From the NCBI GenBank assembly GCA_050011875.1, contig JBEKIG010000014.1, forward strand, positions 1-64,000: a stretch of 64,000 bases of DNA, read 5' to 3'. Each line of letters starts with the position of its first letter. Positions within the stretch are counted from its first letter, which is position 1. The notes below the pieces were generated by a model. The model saw only the letters and a list, made by a program, of their open reading frames with translations, searched no databases and was not told the DNA's origin. Positions 19,957 through 30,062 of this stretch are shown here, piece by piece. Both the position numbers and the translations under genes were made by a program. The DNA is from Nitrososphaeria archaeon. GTDB lineage: Archaea; Thermoproteota; Nitrososphaeria; JACIWG01.

Positions 19957-21941
19957 AAAAAAGAATGTTGGTTACAGTACTCTTAGTACTATTATTATTG
20001 CCGGTTACTGTTATTAGCACCGTTCCTATAAGCACGAACACCGCGAATGCATCATCTTTTTTTGTGCAAACAGCCTTTTGGGGCACATCAGGACAGGCAT
20101 TACGTAGCAACTCAACAGTACAGGAAGGCCCTGGTGACTTAAATGTTCCCTTAACGGTTAACGTAGAATACTTCGGTATTTCCCCATTTTCATCTCCTGC
20201 TGCAAGTATATCTGCAACTTTGAATCTTCCCAGTGGATTTACAGATACAAACGGTAGTAATAGTGCCGTTGCTTATTCCGAAGATGTCACCCCCAATTCC
20301 GTTTTTCAACTCACCTTTATGTTGAACATCGATAGCAATGCTTCCCTTGGCTGGTACACTTTTCCAATGGATTTGAAATGGAACACAACAAACCCAGTCA
20401 TCGTCGGCTCAGAAGAGTTAATCTCATTCCCTATTCAATTAAAAGGTGATGTAACTCTTAGCTTCAACACATCGCAAGTCTACCTTATCCCAGACCAGGT
20501 AAACGTCGTACCAATTCAATTGGACAACACAGGGAGCGGAAATGCGTCGGATATTTCCATTTCTGCAGTTGTACCTGCACAGACCAGTTTGTTGAACCAA
20601 TTTGAATTGATTCCTACGCTAAATGCTCATTCTTCTATGTTATTGAACCTTTCAGTATACATTCCTCCCTCTGCAGGGAATACGCCTATGACTTTTTATT
20701 TGACGGCGAACTACGAAAATGCGTATTTGATTTCACAAACTGTGAGTGCTAGCCTTGGATTTATAGTCAAATCATTCAGCGCTCCAATTTTGAAGCTAAC
20801 TTCTTCCACTAGTAATTTAGCGCCTGGCAGTACGACCCCAGTCACTTTTACACTTGAAAACGATGGGCAAACGGTTGTTGGCAACATTTCACTTGAACTA
20901 AGCGCTCAATCACCTATTACTCTTCTAAACACAGATGGGGTATTTAATATTGGAACACTTAACCCTAATCAGAACCAGGAAATTTCTGTTTCGGTTTACG
21001 TTCCAATTGGTGCTACAAATGCGGCCTCTATTTCATTTACTTTCTCTTATCTCAACCCTTCTGGGATTGCTGGAAGTGATAGTGGATACCTTAGCTTCCT
21101 ATTGAGTACAACATCGACTATATCTCCTATTGTATTGAATGTTAAGCCAACAGCCCTCGTGGCAGGGAAAGTGGACAACATGACGATAACCCTCTCAAAT
21201 GGGGGAACAACTCAAATAAATAGCGTTTCTATGACATTCGCATTTGCAGGTAGCTCGATTACTTGGCTTCAGCCCGCCCTCTTCCAGATAGCCGAACTTG
21301 CACCTGGACAGAGCGTTAATATTACAGGAGAAGCCTATGCTTCGACATCAGCTACTGCTTCAACACAATTCACGATTTCGACTAATTACTATGATTCAAA
21401 TGGAGTATTAAACCAAATAGTAAGGAATTTCGGTATTCTCGCGCAGGGTTTAGTCGACATGGAGGTTGTTTCTTCAACTATTTTACCAACTGCTCCAACA
21501 GTCGGCTCGATTTTTTCAGCCACTGTCACAATAAATAATGTGGGCACGATCAGCGCGGCTTCAGTCACTGCTACCCCACAGCTTCCTCAAGGCTTAAGAA
21601 TATTCGGTTCTACATCCGTCTTTATAGGTACCATGCCAACTGACAGCCCAACAACTTTTACGATTAGCGTCGAGACAACAAACACCACAAAGCCCGGAAG
21701 GTATGTGTTGCCAGTAACATTAACATATTTTGATAACCTCAGAAATTCTTTATCGACGAAAATAACTCTTAACGTTGACATTGTTAATCAGACTTCTACA
21801 GTAACGTTCACGCGTACTCCAGGTACCACAAGCACAGGTATCGGATTATTCTCTATAACACTTCTTATCGTCATTGCAGTCGTAATTCTAGGAGTTGGAT
21901 ACTACTTGGTAAGAAAGAGGAAGAGGAAAGAGGAACCGTAA
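19953..21941 (+). CDS. COG1361-like S-layer/Ig-repeat membrane-anchored protein
   Basis: Signal peptide, repeated Ser/Thr-rich beta segments (L.N.G...A), C-terminal TM followed by RKRKRK. Confidence 0.85.
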   Translation: MKKRMLVTVLLVLLLLPVTVISTVPISTNTANASSFFVQTAFWGTSGQALRSNSTVQEGPGDLNVPLTVNVEYFGISPFSSPAASISATLNLPSGFTDTNGSNSAVAYSEDVTPNSVFQLTFMLNIDSNASLGWYTFPMDLKWNTTNPVIVGSEELISFPIQLKGDVTLSFNTSQVYLIPDQVNVVPIQLDNTGSGNASDISISAVVPAQTSLLNQFELIPTLNAHSSMLLNLSVYIPPSAGNTPMTFYLTANYENAYLISQTVSASLGFIVKSFSAPILKLTSSTSNLAPGSTTPVTFTLENDGQTVVGNISLELSAQSPITLLNTDGVFNIGTLNPNQNQEISVSVYVPIGATNAASISFTFSYLNPSGIAGSDSGYLSFLLSTTSTISPIVLNVKPTALVAGKVDNMTITLSNGGTTQINSVSMTFAFAGSSITWLQPALFQIAELAPGQSVNITGEAYASTSATASTQFTISTNYYDSNGVLNQIVRNFGILAQGLVDMEVVSSTILPTAPTVGSIFSATVTINNVGTISAASVTATPQLPQGLRIFGSTSVFIGTMPTDSPTTFTISVETTNTTKPGRYVLPVTLTYFDNLRNSLSTKITLNVDIVNQTSTVTFTRTPGTTSTGIGLFSITLLIVIAVVILGVGYYLVRKRKRKEEP

Positions 21942-23282
21942 ATGAGAGCAACAGATGTCCTTTCGCTCGCTTTTAAAGGAATTAGGCAAAGAAAATTAAG
22001 GACTGCTATAACCATCCTTAGTGTCGTAATAGGAGTTGCAGCCATCATAGCATTAGTTTCGCAGACAAGTGGAATACAGGCGAGTATTACGGGTGAACTG
22101 CAATCCCTTGGCCCAACATCGATAATCATTATAGGAGGCAGAACTCAACTTAGTGCAGCTACTGTCGCTGACATAGAAACCTTACAACATGTTCAAACTG
22201 TTATTCCAATGATAACTTCCTCGTTTACATTAACCGTATCAGGGACATCGACCACCGTGCCGGTGATAGGCGTAGACTCCCAGAGCATTCAATCCCTTCT
22301 AGGCAGTATAAAGCTCGGAGAAGGAAGCGTGTACACTGATACTACAGCTCCTGTAGCTGTAGTGGGGTATAGTGTAACGTTTCCTACTGGAGGTTCGCAG
22401 ACTGCTTACGTTGGCCAACCGCTATTATTAACACAAACTGTTGGGACATCAACCAGAAGCATAACAATGGTAGTAGTGGGTTTGCTTGATCAGTATGGTT
22501 CAAGTTCATTTATTTCTCCTGATACTTCAATATTCATTCCGATAAGCGCCATGGAGAGTATATTGAACAGGAATTATTACAACGAAATATTAGTCAAAGC
22601 TGATAATGTGAATGATGTAAGCAGTGTCCAAACACAGCTATCAGATATCTATGGAAGCAGCGTTACGATTATTTCAGTAGCATCGATCTCAAGCTCTGTT
22701 TCTTCGATAATATCTCTGCTTAGCCTTTTGCTTGGTGCAATAGCTGCAATATCGTTGATTGTTGCAGGGGTGGGAATAATGAATATTCAGTTGGTATCGG
22801 TATATGAACGGATTCACGAAATAGGTATAATGAAGGCCATAGGTTTTAAGGACAGAAATATATTAAGCCTCTTCCTCTCAGAATCTGCTATAATAGGCAT
22901 TTTAGGCGGAATTTTTGGTATTCTTTTAGGCGCAGGAGTGTCATCACTTATACCCATTATTTTAAGTTCATTAGTGGGCTCTTCAGGTATTGGACAAAGC
23001 GCAACAGCTACTACTGCAGCAGCTGCTGGTGGAGGAACTGTGGTTGCTCGTGGAGGAGGTGGAGGATTTGGAGGAGGTGCTTCAGGATTCGGAGGAGGTG
23101 GAGGATTTGGAGGAGGTGCTTCAGGATTCGCATCAGGAAGTTTATCGTATACTCCAGTTATAAGCCCTGAAATCGTTTTCATTTCACTCATAATCGCAAT
23201 CTCCGTCAGCATCATTGCAGGGCTCTATCCAGCATGGCGTGCATCAAGAATGGAGCCAGTAAAGGCTCTAAGATATGAATAA
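21942..23282 (+). CDS. ABC transporter permease (MacB/FtsX family) with Gly-rich insert
   Basis: SVYERIHEIGIMKAIG and YPAWRASRMEPVKALRYE motifs. Confidence 0.95.
   Translation: MRATDVLSLAFKGIRQRKLRTAITILSVVIGVAAIIALVSQTSGIQASITGELQSLGPTSIIIIGGRTQLSAATVADIETLQHVQTVIPMITSSFTLTVSGTSTTVPVIGVDSQSIQSLLGSIKLGEGSVYTDTTAPVAVVGYSVTFPTGGSQTAYVGQPLLLTQTVGTSTRSITMVVVGLLDQYGSSSFISPDTSIFIPISAMESILNRNYYNEILVKADNVNDVSSVQTQLSDIYGSSVTIISVASISSSVSSIISLLSLLLGAIAAISLIVAGVGIMNIQLVSVYERIHEIGIMKAIGFKDRNILSLFLSESAIIGILGGIFGILLGAGVSSLIPIILSSLVGSSGIGQSATATTAAAAGGGTVVARGGGGGFGGGASGFGGGGGFGGGASGFASGSLSYTPVISPEIVFISLIIAISVSIIAGLYPAWRASRMEPVKALRYE
23052..23129 (+). repeat. perfect 39-bp tandem duplication encoding GGGGGFGGGASGF twice
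   Basis: Identical units at 23052-23090 and 23091-23129. Confidence 0.95.
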
Positions 23283-23539
23283 TAAATTATTACTATAATA
23301 ATTTATTTCCATTTCTTTTGCTCCAGCATCTTCAGCCCGCTTAATCAAGAAAGACTGTCCGATGGCCAAACCTATAGGTCTAAAGTTCTGGTAATGGCCT
23401 CAGGAACGTATCTAAATACGCAAAAGAAGCATAACCGTTTCATTAGGTGTCAGAGGATTGATATTTATTTTTAAATCCGCTAAAAAGGAAGCAGTTTAAT
23501 ACTAATTTCCAAGGTCATTAGAATCTAAATTCTTTAAAT

Positions 23540-24535
23540 TTACTTGTGCCCCGAAATCTGTTTAGGTTTGTATAGTTCCTCTAAATATTTTACTTCGTCG
23601 TTTGAAAGAGTGATGTCTATAGCATCCACTGCTTCTTGGACATGTTCAGGGTTCGATGTCCCAATAATTGGAGCCGTAGCCCCTCTGTTAAACAGCCAAG
23701 CAAGAGCTATCTGCGCAGGTTTTACTCCTTTATTTTGTGCCACCTCAATAACCCTTTTTACTATTTCAGCATTTTCGGGAGGTTCGACATACGGTTTATA
23801 GTAGTATGAAGAGATCTTGCTGTCAGGTTGCAGTCTTTTCATATCAGTTTTTTCCAACATTATTTTTCCATCCTTAATAAATCGTCCTGCAAGAAGACCG
23901 ACCGCTATCGGATTATATGGAATTATTCCTACGTTCCGGTCTTTACATAGAGGCACCATCTCCCTTTCCTCCTCCCTGTACAGTAGATTCCATTTGTTCT
24001 GCATACTTGTAAATTTCTCATAACCTTCGATTTCACTCGCATACAAAGCCTTAGAAAACTGCCAAGCCCACATACTAGAACCCCCAACATAACGGACTAA
24101 ACCACCCCTAACAAGATCGTTCAGGGTTGAAAGTGTTTCATCAATAGATGTTTCATAGTCCCACCTATGCGTCTGGTAGAGGTCAATATAATCCGTTTGA
24201 AGCCGGTTAAGCGAATCTTTCACCTGGTCTAATATATGCTTACGAGAAAGACCTCCTTGATTAGGCTTATCCCCCATCAAATTAAAGACCTTCGTAGCGA
24301 CGACAACGTCCTCCCTAACATCTTTAAGCAACTCTCCAACAATCTCCTCGGACCTTCCAAGTGAGTAGACGTTAGCTGTATCAAAAAAATTTATACCAAG
24401 ATCTAAGGCCCTGTCGACAACCTTCTTCGCTTCGACTTTTTCCACCATCCAAGGTTCAGAGTTACCAAAATGCCAGCAGCCTAATGTAATCTGGGAGACT
24501 TTTAGACCCGACCACCCAAGTCTAACATATTTCAT
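23540..24535 (-). CDS. aldo/keto reductase
   Basis: FFDTANVY, VATKV, DYIDLYQTHRWD and PIIGT motifs. Confidence 0.95.
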   Translation of the reverse strand: MKYVRLGWSGLKVSQITLGCWHFGNSEPWMVEKVEAKKVVDRALDLGINFFDTANVYSLGRSEEIVGELLKDVREDVVVATKVFNLMGDKPNQGGLSRKHILDQVKDSLNRLQTDYIDLYQTHRWDYETSIDETLSTLNDLVRGGLVRYVGGSSMWAWQFSKALYASEIEGYEKFTSMQNKWNLLYREEEREMVPLCKDRNVGIIPYNPIAVGLLAGRFIKDGKIMLEKTDMKRLQPDSKISSYYYKPYVEPPENAEIVKRVIEVAQNKGVKPAQIALAWLFNRGATAPIIGTSNPEHVQEAVDAIDITLSNDEVKYLEELYKPKQISGHK

Positions 24536-24578
24536 TACTAATCATCGAACCCAGATATTTATTCTTTATAAGACTTTA

Positions 24579-25055
24579 TTAGCCTATAAATGGCATACTT
24601 TCTCGATCAAAATCGCTTATGATTGATGGCTCTCTGGGAGCACGCTTTGTTGTGATAGGGATGTTCTCGAATAGGCTTAGAGGATTCCGAGCCAAATTAT
24701 GAGTAGGATGACCTTTCCCAAAAGCGAATTCAACGACATCTATTACGAGATCCCTTACCTTTTGTTCACTAGATATGTTAAAGCTGTGAAGATATTCATG
24801 GAGAAGTATGACGAAGATATATGAGTTACGTTCTATCTTGCTGCTTAATCCACTGTTAACTGCATCCAGAATCTTACTGTCCATAACTATGCTATTGGAA
24901 CCCAACTGGTGCATTCCTAGAACGTTCGGAGGAAGGTCCATTAGAACAAGGGAGAGCCCTGCCCGATGAAGGCCGAGCCTTTCTGCGACAGCCATCTTAA
25001 CGATATTGAAGATCTCTCCATATTTCACTGCTTTTTCCAATTTCTCAGAATACAT
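24579..25055 (-). CDS. small HExxH (zincin-like) hypothetical protein
   Basis: LLHEYLHS motif; 158 aa. Confidence 0.7.
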   Translation of the reverse strand: MYSEKLEKAVKYGEIFNIVKMAVAERLGLHRAGLSLVLMDLPPNVLGMHQLGSNSIVMDSKILDAVNSGLSSKIERNSYIFVILLHEYLHSFNISSEQKVRDLVIDVVEFAFGKGHPTHNLARNPLSLFENIPITTKRAPREPSIISDFDRESMPFIG

Positions 25056-25146
25056 ACGACACTATAACGGCGTTATAGCTTCCTTTATAAGTTTTATTGT
25101 TTTTAAGCAGCGATATACAAAGTAAATGAATCCTGTAATGGGTAAG

Positions 25147-26091
25147 TCACTGATCATACAAAGACTTCAGAAGAATTGCTAACCTTCTATCTCTCCATTC
25201 CATTACCTCGTCCATAGATTTCTCTTTCAATATCTTTGTCTTCTTAATCCCTTCTATGATTTTCTTTTTGGCAGCTGGAGGAATAGATGTCCACTTAGCA
25301 AGCGTTCTCCACCTAGAATCCATAGTTGGTCCTATATGGTGGAGATAATATTCTATTCCACCACTTCCACCTCCGAGATGATAACTGAGGTGGGGTCCTA
25401 TAATCGCCCATCGCATTCCAGGTCCAGCGTTAACAACTTTATCTATGTCCTCAAGTTCTGCAACATCCTTATAGACCAGATCTATAGCCTCTCTCCATAG
25501 TGCTGCTGCTAGACGGTTGCCTATTGTACCGTTGACCTCTTTTTTCTGCACAATAGCTACTTTACCAAGTTTGATCATAAACTCCTTAGCGGTCTTAACA
25601 GTTTCTTTGGAGGTTTTCTTGCCTCCTACAATCTCCACTAAAGGCATAAGATGTGTGGGATTCCACGGGTGAACTAGAACACATCTCTGCGGATTGTTCA
25701 AAGACTTCTGTATGTTAGTCATTTTTAGAGTCGATGAGCTGCTTGCAATTATCGCATCTTTTGGTGCGTAACGATCTATCATTTTGAACACTTCTTTTTT
25801 GATTTTATATTTTTCGTAGACCGATTCTTGAATATATTGTGCATCACTTACAGCGACATCTAAACTTTTTGCAACCTTTACTCTTCTATAACATGTTTCC
25901 AGCGATTCCTTTCCAAGTTGACCTTCTTTACTTAAGAGGATTAAATTTTGCTTTATTCCATGCAGTGCTTTCCTAGTTGAGGCATCATTGATATCGTAAA
26001 TTGTTACATCACAACCTTTCCATGCAAAGAATGTGGCCCAACCATGACCTATCAGCCCAACTCCAACGCAGGCTACTCGTTTGGGAATCAT
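25147..26091 (-). CDS. 3-hydroxyacyl-CoA dehydrogenase family (L-gulonate/carnitine dehydrogenase-like)
   Basis: GVGLIG, IQESV, SSSS, HPWNP..LVE and NRL motifs. Confidence 0.92.
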   Translation of the reverse strand: MIPKRVACVGVGLIGHGWATFFAWKGCDVTIYDINDASTRKALHGIKQNLILLSKEGQLGKESLETCYRRVKVAKSLDVAVSDAQYIQESVYEKYKIKKEVFKMIDRYAPKDAIIASSSSTLKMTNIQKSLNNPQRCVLVHPWNPTHLMPLVEIVGGKKTSKETVKTAKEFMIKLGKVAIVQKKEVNGTIGNRLAAALWREAIDLVYKDVAELEDIDKVVNAGPGMRWAIIGPHLSYHLGGGSGGIEYYLHHIGPTMDSRWRTLAKWTSIPPAAKKKIIEGIKKTKILKEKSMDEVMEWRDRRLAILLKSLYDQ

Positions 26092-26279
26092 GCTTTATCA
26101 ACCGCTACGACTTAAAATGTGGTTTAATAAGCGATTACATAAAAGAAAGATAAAGTGAAATCTTGGGAGACGCTCCTATTAGCTAAAAGTTTTTTTTAGA
26201 AACTCTGTAAGTGTTTACTTTTTAAATGAAAAATGGATATCTTTTTCTTTTACCAATAAGTTAGTCAAAGAGATTCACC

Positions 26280-26693
26280 GTGCAAGATTTAAACTTTGTA
26301 ACCCAGTCAACTCGTTTTAAGTGCAAAAGGTGCACAAAATGCTGTCATCTTGATGTGCAACTAAATGATTTAGAGATGGAAACGCTTGGAGAATTTGTAG
26401 ACAAAAAGTGGCGAACGACAAGAAAAGTTTTTAGAGAAAATGGACTTGTCTGCTGCCTTTTAGACCGTATTTCATGTACAATCTATGAAAAGCGTCCTGA
26501 ACTCTGTCGCACATACCCTTTTTCGTCGGTGCTTGAATCCGATCTTACAAAATTGGGTATTAAAGCTGACGATTTTGCTATAAGAATTTCTGGCCCAGAT
26601 GGCCAAAGATATCTGATTATTTACGATGAAGAATGCCCTGGAATAGGAAAAGGCAACTTATTCGATCGCAAACAGATTTTTCAAACTCAGTAG
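26280..26693 (+). CDS. YkgJ-family cysteine-cluster protein
   Basis: CKRCTKCC, CCLL, CTIYEKRPELCRTYPF and CPGIG motifs. Confidence 0.88.
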   Translation: MQDLNFVTQSTRFKCKRCTKCCHLDVQLNDLEMETLGEFVDKKWRTTRKVFRENGLVCCLLDRISCTIYEKRPELCRTYPFSSVLESDLTKLGIKADDFAIRISGPDGQRYLIIYDEECPGIGKGNLFDRKQIFQTQ

Positions 26694-26748
26694 AAATTGA
26701 AAAGTAGAAAGAATTACATTTTTTTAGAGAAAAGACAGCGATTTTAAA

Positions 26749-27111
26749 CTAGGATGAAAAAAATGTTTTGCGTGATATCTGCTCCTTGAAAACGTTGATA
26801 TAATCACGTGCAAAGGCATCAGCCAATTTTTCGTTTCCTAGTTGTTCGCCACCCTCATTTCTTATATGATGGTAAAATTCGTGGAGGATAATAAATGGAT
26901 CCCACAGGTTTTCACCGTTTGATACCAATATCAACTTCTTAGCGGTTACATATACTCCGGCAGCCTTCTTTTTCCCCTTTACATGACCTACCGCCAAATT
27001 TGGAACATCAACTCTATATTTCTTACTCAGAATTTGAACCGCTACCTCTGTTTTTCTTGATAGGATCAATGCGACAACATATGCTTTAAAATCTTTTTCA
27101 GGTTCGCTCAA
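26749..27111 (-). CDS. minimal ImmA/IrrE-like metallopeptidase domain protein
   Basis: ILHEFYHH followed by NEKLADAFA. Confidence 0.65.
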   Translation of the reverse strand: MSEPEKDFKAYVVALILSRKTEVAVQILSKKYRVDVPNLAVGHVKGKKKAAGVYVTAKKLILVSNGENLWDPFIILHEFYHHIRNEGGEQLGNEKLADAFARDYINVFKEQISRKTFFSS

Positions 27112-27436
27112 CTATTTGTAAGTAACATATGCAGGGATAAAAATATTTTAACAAGTTTATCGTTTAGCCTTCGAAGATTATAAATAACTCTAATTTAAAA
27201 AAAAATATATTAGTATACTATGCAGAAGAACTACTTAGTCTTCTTAGCTACTTTCTTAGTTTTCTTTTTTGCTGGCATTTCTTCCTTCAGTCATACTACA
27301 AAATCGACATATATAAATTTGAAAACAAAATAATTTTTTTCTTGCCAAAGTTCTATTTTTTAGTCTTAAAATTAAATATATAACGTGGCATAAACTTTTT
27401 TCCCTCTTAAAGCAACATTTATAAATTGATGTAAGG

Positions 27437-28339
27437 TTGTTTAAACGACTAATTTTGGTTCTGAAAATTTCCGGTATAATGCCGCCACACATCACGCCAT
27501 TCAAAAAGGATGAAGAACTTGACGAACCTGCTCTCCGAAAATTGGTTCAGTATTGGATAGATGCGGGATCCGATGGGTTGGTGTCATGTGGAAGCAACGG
27601 TGAAGCGGTGTATATGACTAGAGAAGAGAGAAAGAAAGTACTCGAAATCGTTCTTAACGAAGTGAAGAATCGAATACCTGTTATAGCGGGTACAGGCTCG
27701 GCCAGCACTCGTGAGACGATTGCCCTTACAAAAGATGCAAAGGATGCTGGCGCGGATGCCGCTCTGATTGTAGCACCATATTACTTTATACCAAATGAAG
27801 ATGAACTTTTCAACCACTTTAAGGCAGTGCTCGATGCAGTTGACATGCCAATCATATTGTATAACGTCCCAAAGTTTACGAACTATAATATAAGTGTAAG
27901 CGTCATACGGAATCTTGTAAAAGAATATAGTCAGATAATTGGAATAAAAGATTCAAGCGGACTTATCGGACGAATTTCAGAACTCATAGCGTATGTGGGT
28001 GATAGAGTATCTATTTTCGCAGGCACAGGAGATATGATACTTCCTGGACTAGAAATGGGTGCATCGGGTGGAATTGTTGCCATCGCCAATGTCGCACCAA
28101 AGCTCTGCTCAGATATCTATAGGGCGTTCCTCAGGAAAGACCATGAGGAAGCTAAGAAACTTCAGTTAAAAGCAGTTTTGTTAACAGATTTACTGGTCAA
28201 AAAGTACAATCAGATTAGTTCGATAAAAGCAGCTTTAAACATTCTCGGTCAGCCAGCAGGTATCCCACGTAAGCCATCTTTACCACTTAAACCCGAAGCC
28301 TACCAAGATCTTAAGAACAAAATATTTGAATATATTTAA
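27437..28339 (+). CDS. dapA: dihydrodipicolinate synthase family protein
   Basis: ITPF, GSNGE, PYYF, LYNVP and GIKDSSG motifs; substrate not certain. Confidence 0.8.
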   Translation: MFKRLILVLKISGIMPPHITPFKKDEELDEPALRKLVQYWIDAGSDGLVSCGSNGEAVYMTREERKKVLEIVLNEVKNRIPVIAGTGSASTRETIALTKDAKDAGADAALIVAPYYFIPNEDELFNHFKAVLDAVDMPIILYNVPKFTNYNISVSVIRNLVKEYSQIIGIKDSSGLIGRISELIAYVGDRVSIFAGTGDMILPGLEMGASGGIVAIANVAPKLCSDIYRAFLRKDHEEAKKLQLKAVLLTDLLVKKYNQISSIKAALNILGQPAGIPRKPSLPLKPEAYQDLKNKIFEYI

Positions 28340-28413
28340 AGGATAAATCAACTTTAAATTAAATCTTCATCACACCAGATGATTTTTTCAATAGATTATA
28401 CATATCTTGAATT

Positions 28414-29025
28414 TTAAGGTTGTCCCATAAACTCTATGAATTCTTCAAGGGATCTTTTCTTAAGCACATAGTTTGTAATTCTCTCATTACCAATCGTTGA
28501 ACTCGGAGACCTTCCATAATCATGGCCGGGATATACTTCAATATTATCGTCGAGTTTCAGTAGTTTGTTAAATAGGCTAAAGTACATGTCTTTAGAGCTT
28601 CCCCCTGGCAGATCTGTTCTACCGCATTCTCCCACGAAAAGTGTGTCACCTGTAAGTAATTGGGTGTTACATAATAGACATATGCTGTCAGGCGTGTGAC
28701 CAGGTGTATGAATCACCTTGATAGAGTCTTTACCAACTTTTATGGTATCGTTATCTTCGACCCCGATATCTTTTTCAATAGGTGATATTTTATGTGCGAC
28801 TATCTTTGTAGTATATATTGTTTTAAATCGATTATTGTCAGCTGTATGGTCGCTATGGTAGTGTGTATTAATCACAAATGTGGGCTTTAAATTGTTTTCC
28901 TTAAGCACCTTTTTTATGGTATCAAAGTTAAAGCTTGGATCAACAACCACCGATTCTCTTACTTCCTCGTCTGCGATGACATAAGAAAAGTTGTCGCTGA
29001 AGTATTTTATTTGCCTAAAGAACAT
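28414..29025 (-). CDS. MBL-fold metallo-hydrolase (glyoxalase II-like)
   Basis: THYHSDH, TPGHT, TGDTLF and PGHDY motifs. Confidence 0.93.
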   Translation of the reverse strand: MFFRQIKYFSDNFSYVIADEEVRESVVVDPSFNFDTIKKVLKENNLKPTFVINTHYHSDHTADNNRFKTIYTTKIVAHKISPIEKDIGVEDNDTIKVGKDSIKVIHTPGHTPDSICLLCNTQLLTGDTLFVGECGRTDLPGGSSKDMYFSLFNKLLKLDDNIEVYPGHDYGRSPSSTIGNERITNYVLKKRSLEEFIEFMGQP

Positions 29026-29158
29026 TTAATCATTTATTATGACGGTAATTAGGCTCTTAAAGGTTTCTCAAAGATGCTCAGCTTTTCTATTTTTTTTAAC
29101 AATTACTATGCAACTTACATGATATCTTTAAATTCTCTATTCTGCTAACGCCGAAATA

Positions 29159-29953
29159 ATGGTTTCTAAGATGAAGAATGATATCTGTGTAACTAAATTG
29201 TTTGAGCTGGATCAGGTTCGATTTAGAAGGTTAAATAAACTGATCGTGGTCGGGGATGTTCATGGCGATATTGAAGTAATTAATTCCCTTCTCAGAATAT
29301 TCGAGCCTTCAAAAGACGTAATTATTTTCTTGGGTGATTATGCGGATCGGGGCCCAAACGGAATCGAAGTAATAGATACAATCAATTTTCTTAAAGACGA
29401 TAACCCTCAAAGTGTTATCGCTTTAAAGGGGAATCATGAAGACTACTCATATGATGGTATACCTCTCTTCTATCCATGTGACCTGATTACTGAAGCGGAA
29501 AGAAAAAGGGGAAATTGGCAAAAATATTTTCTAACCACGCTTCAGCCTTTCTTAAAAAAATTGTACCTTGCAACAATATTGCCTAGAGAATACCTTTTTG
29601 TACACGGTGGCATATCGAGCAAAATCTTAAATACTGAATCTTTAAGGAAAGCTACAAAGCAAATTGAAATCGATATACTTTGGTCGGATCCCTTCGAAGG
29701 AAAAGGGGAGCGACCAAATAGTAGAGGCACAGGAATCTTTTTTGGAGAAGATGTTACAGATGACGTCTGCAAGAGACTTGCTGTAAAAAGAATAATAAGG
29801 AGCCATGAGCCCACTAAATCACTTTTTGAACCTGCCTTTGAACATAGCGGGAAGGTTGTAACCGTTAGTTCCACTCATTTTTATGGAGGTAAACCGTTCG
29901 TTCTTGTTATTTACCCATCAAATCCATCTGATCTCTCCTACCAATTTCTTTAG
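29159..29953 (+). CDS. PPP-family serine/threonine protein phosphatase
   Basis: GDVHG, GDYADRG, GNHE, HGG, LWSDP and RSHE motifs. Confidence 0.92.
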   Translation: MVSKMKNDICVTKLFELDQVRFRRLNKLIVVGDVHGDIEVINSLLRIFEPSKDVIIFLGDYADRGPNGIEVIDTINFLKDDNPQSVIALKGNHEDYSYDGIPLFYPCDLITEAERKRGNWQKYFLTTLQPFLKKLYLATILPREYLFVHGGISSKILNTESLRKATKQIEIDILWSDPFEGKGERPNSRGTGIFFGEDVTDDVCKRLAVKRIIRSHEPTKSLFEPAFEHSGKVVTVSSTHFYGGKPFVLVIYPSNPSDLSYQFL

Positions 29954-30062
29954 TTACAAAATTCAAACTAAAATATCAATTATAGTTGTTCAGTACAAAT
30001 ATCCTTATAGTTTAAAATAAAAATTCTTATAACTTATCGCAGCTTAACCGGTTGTATCCAAA

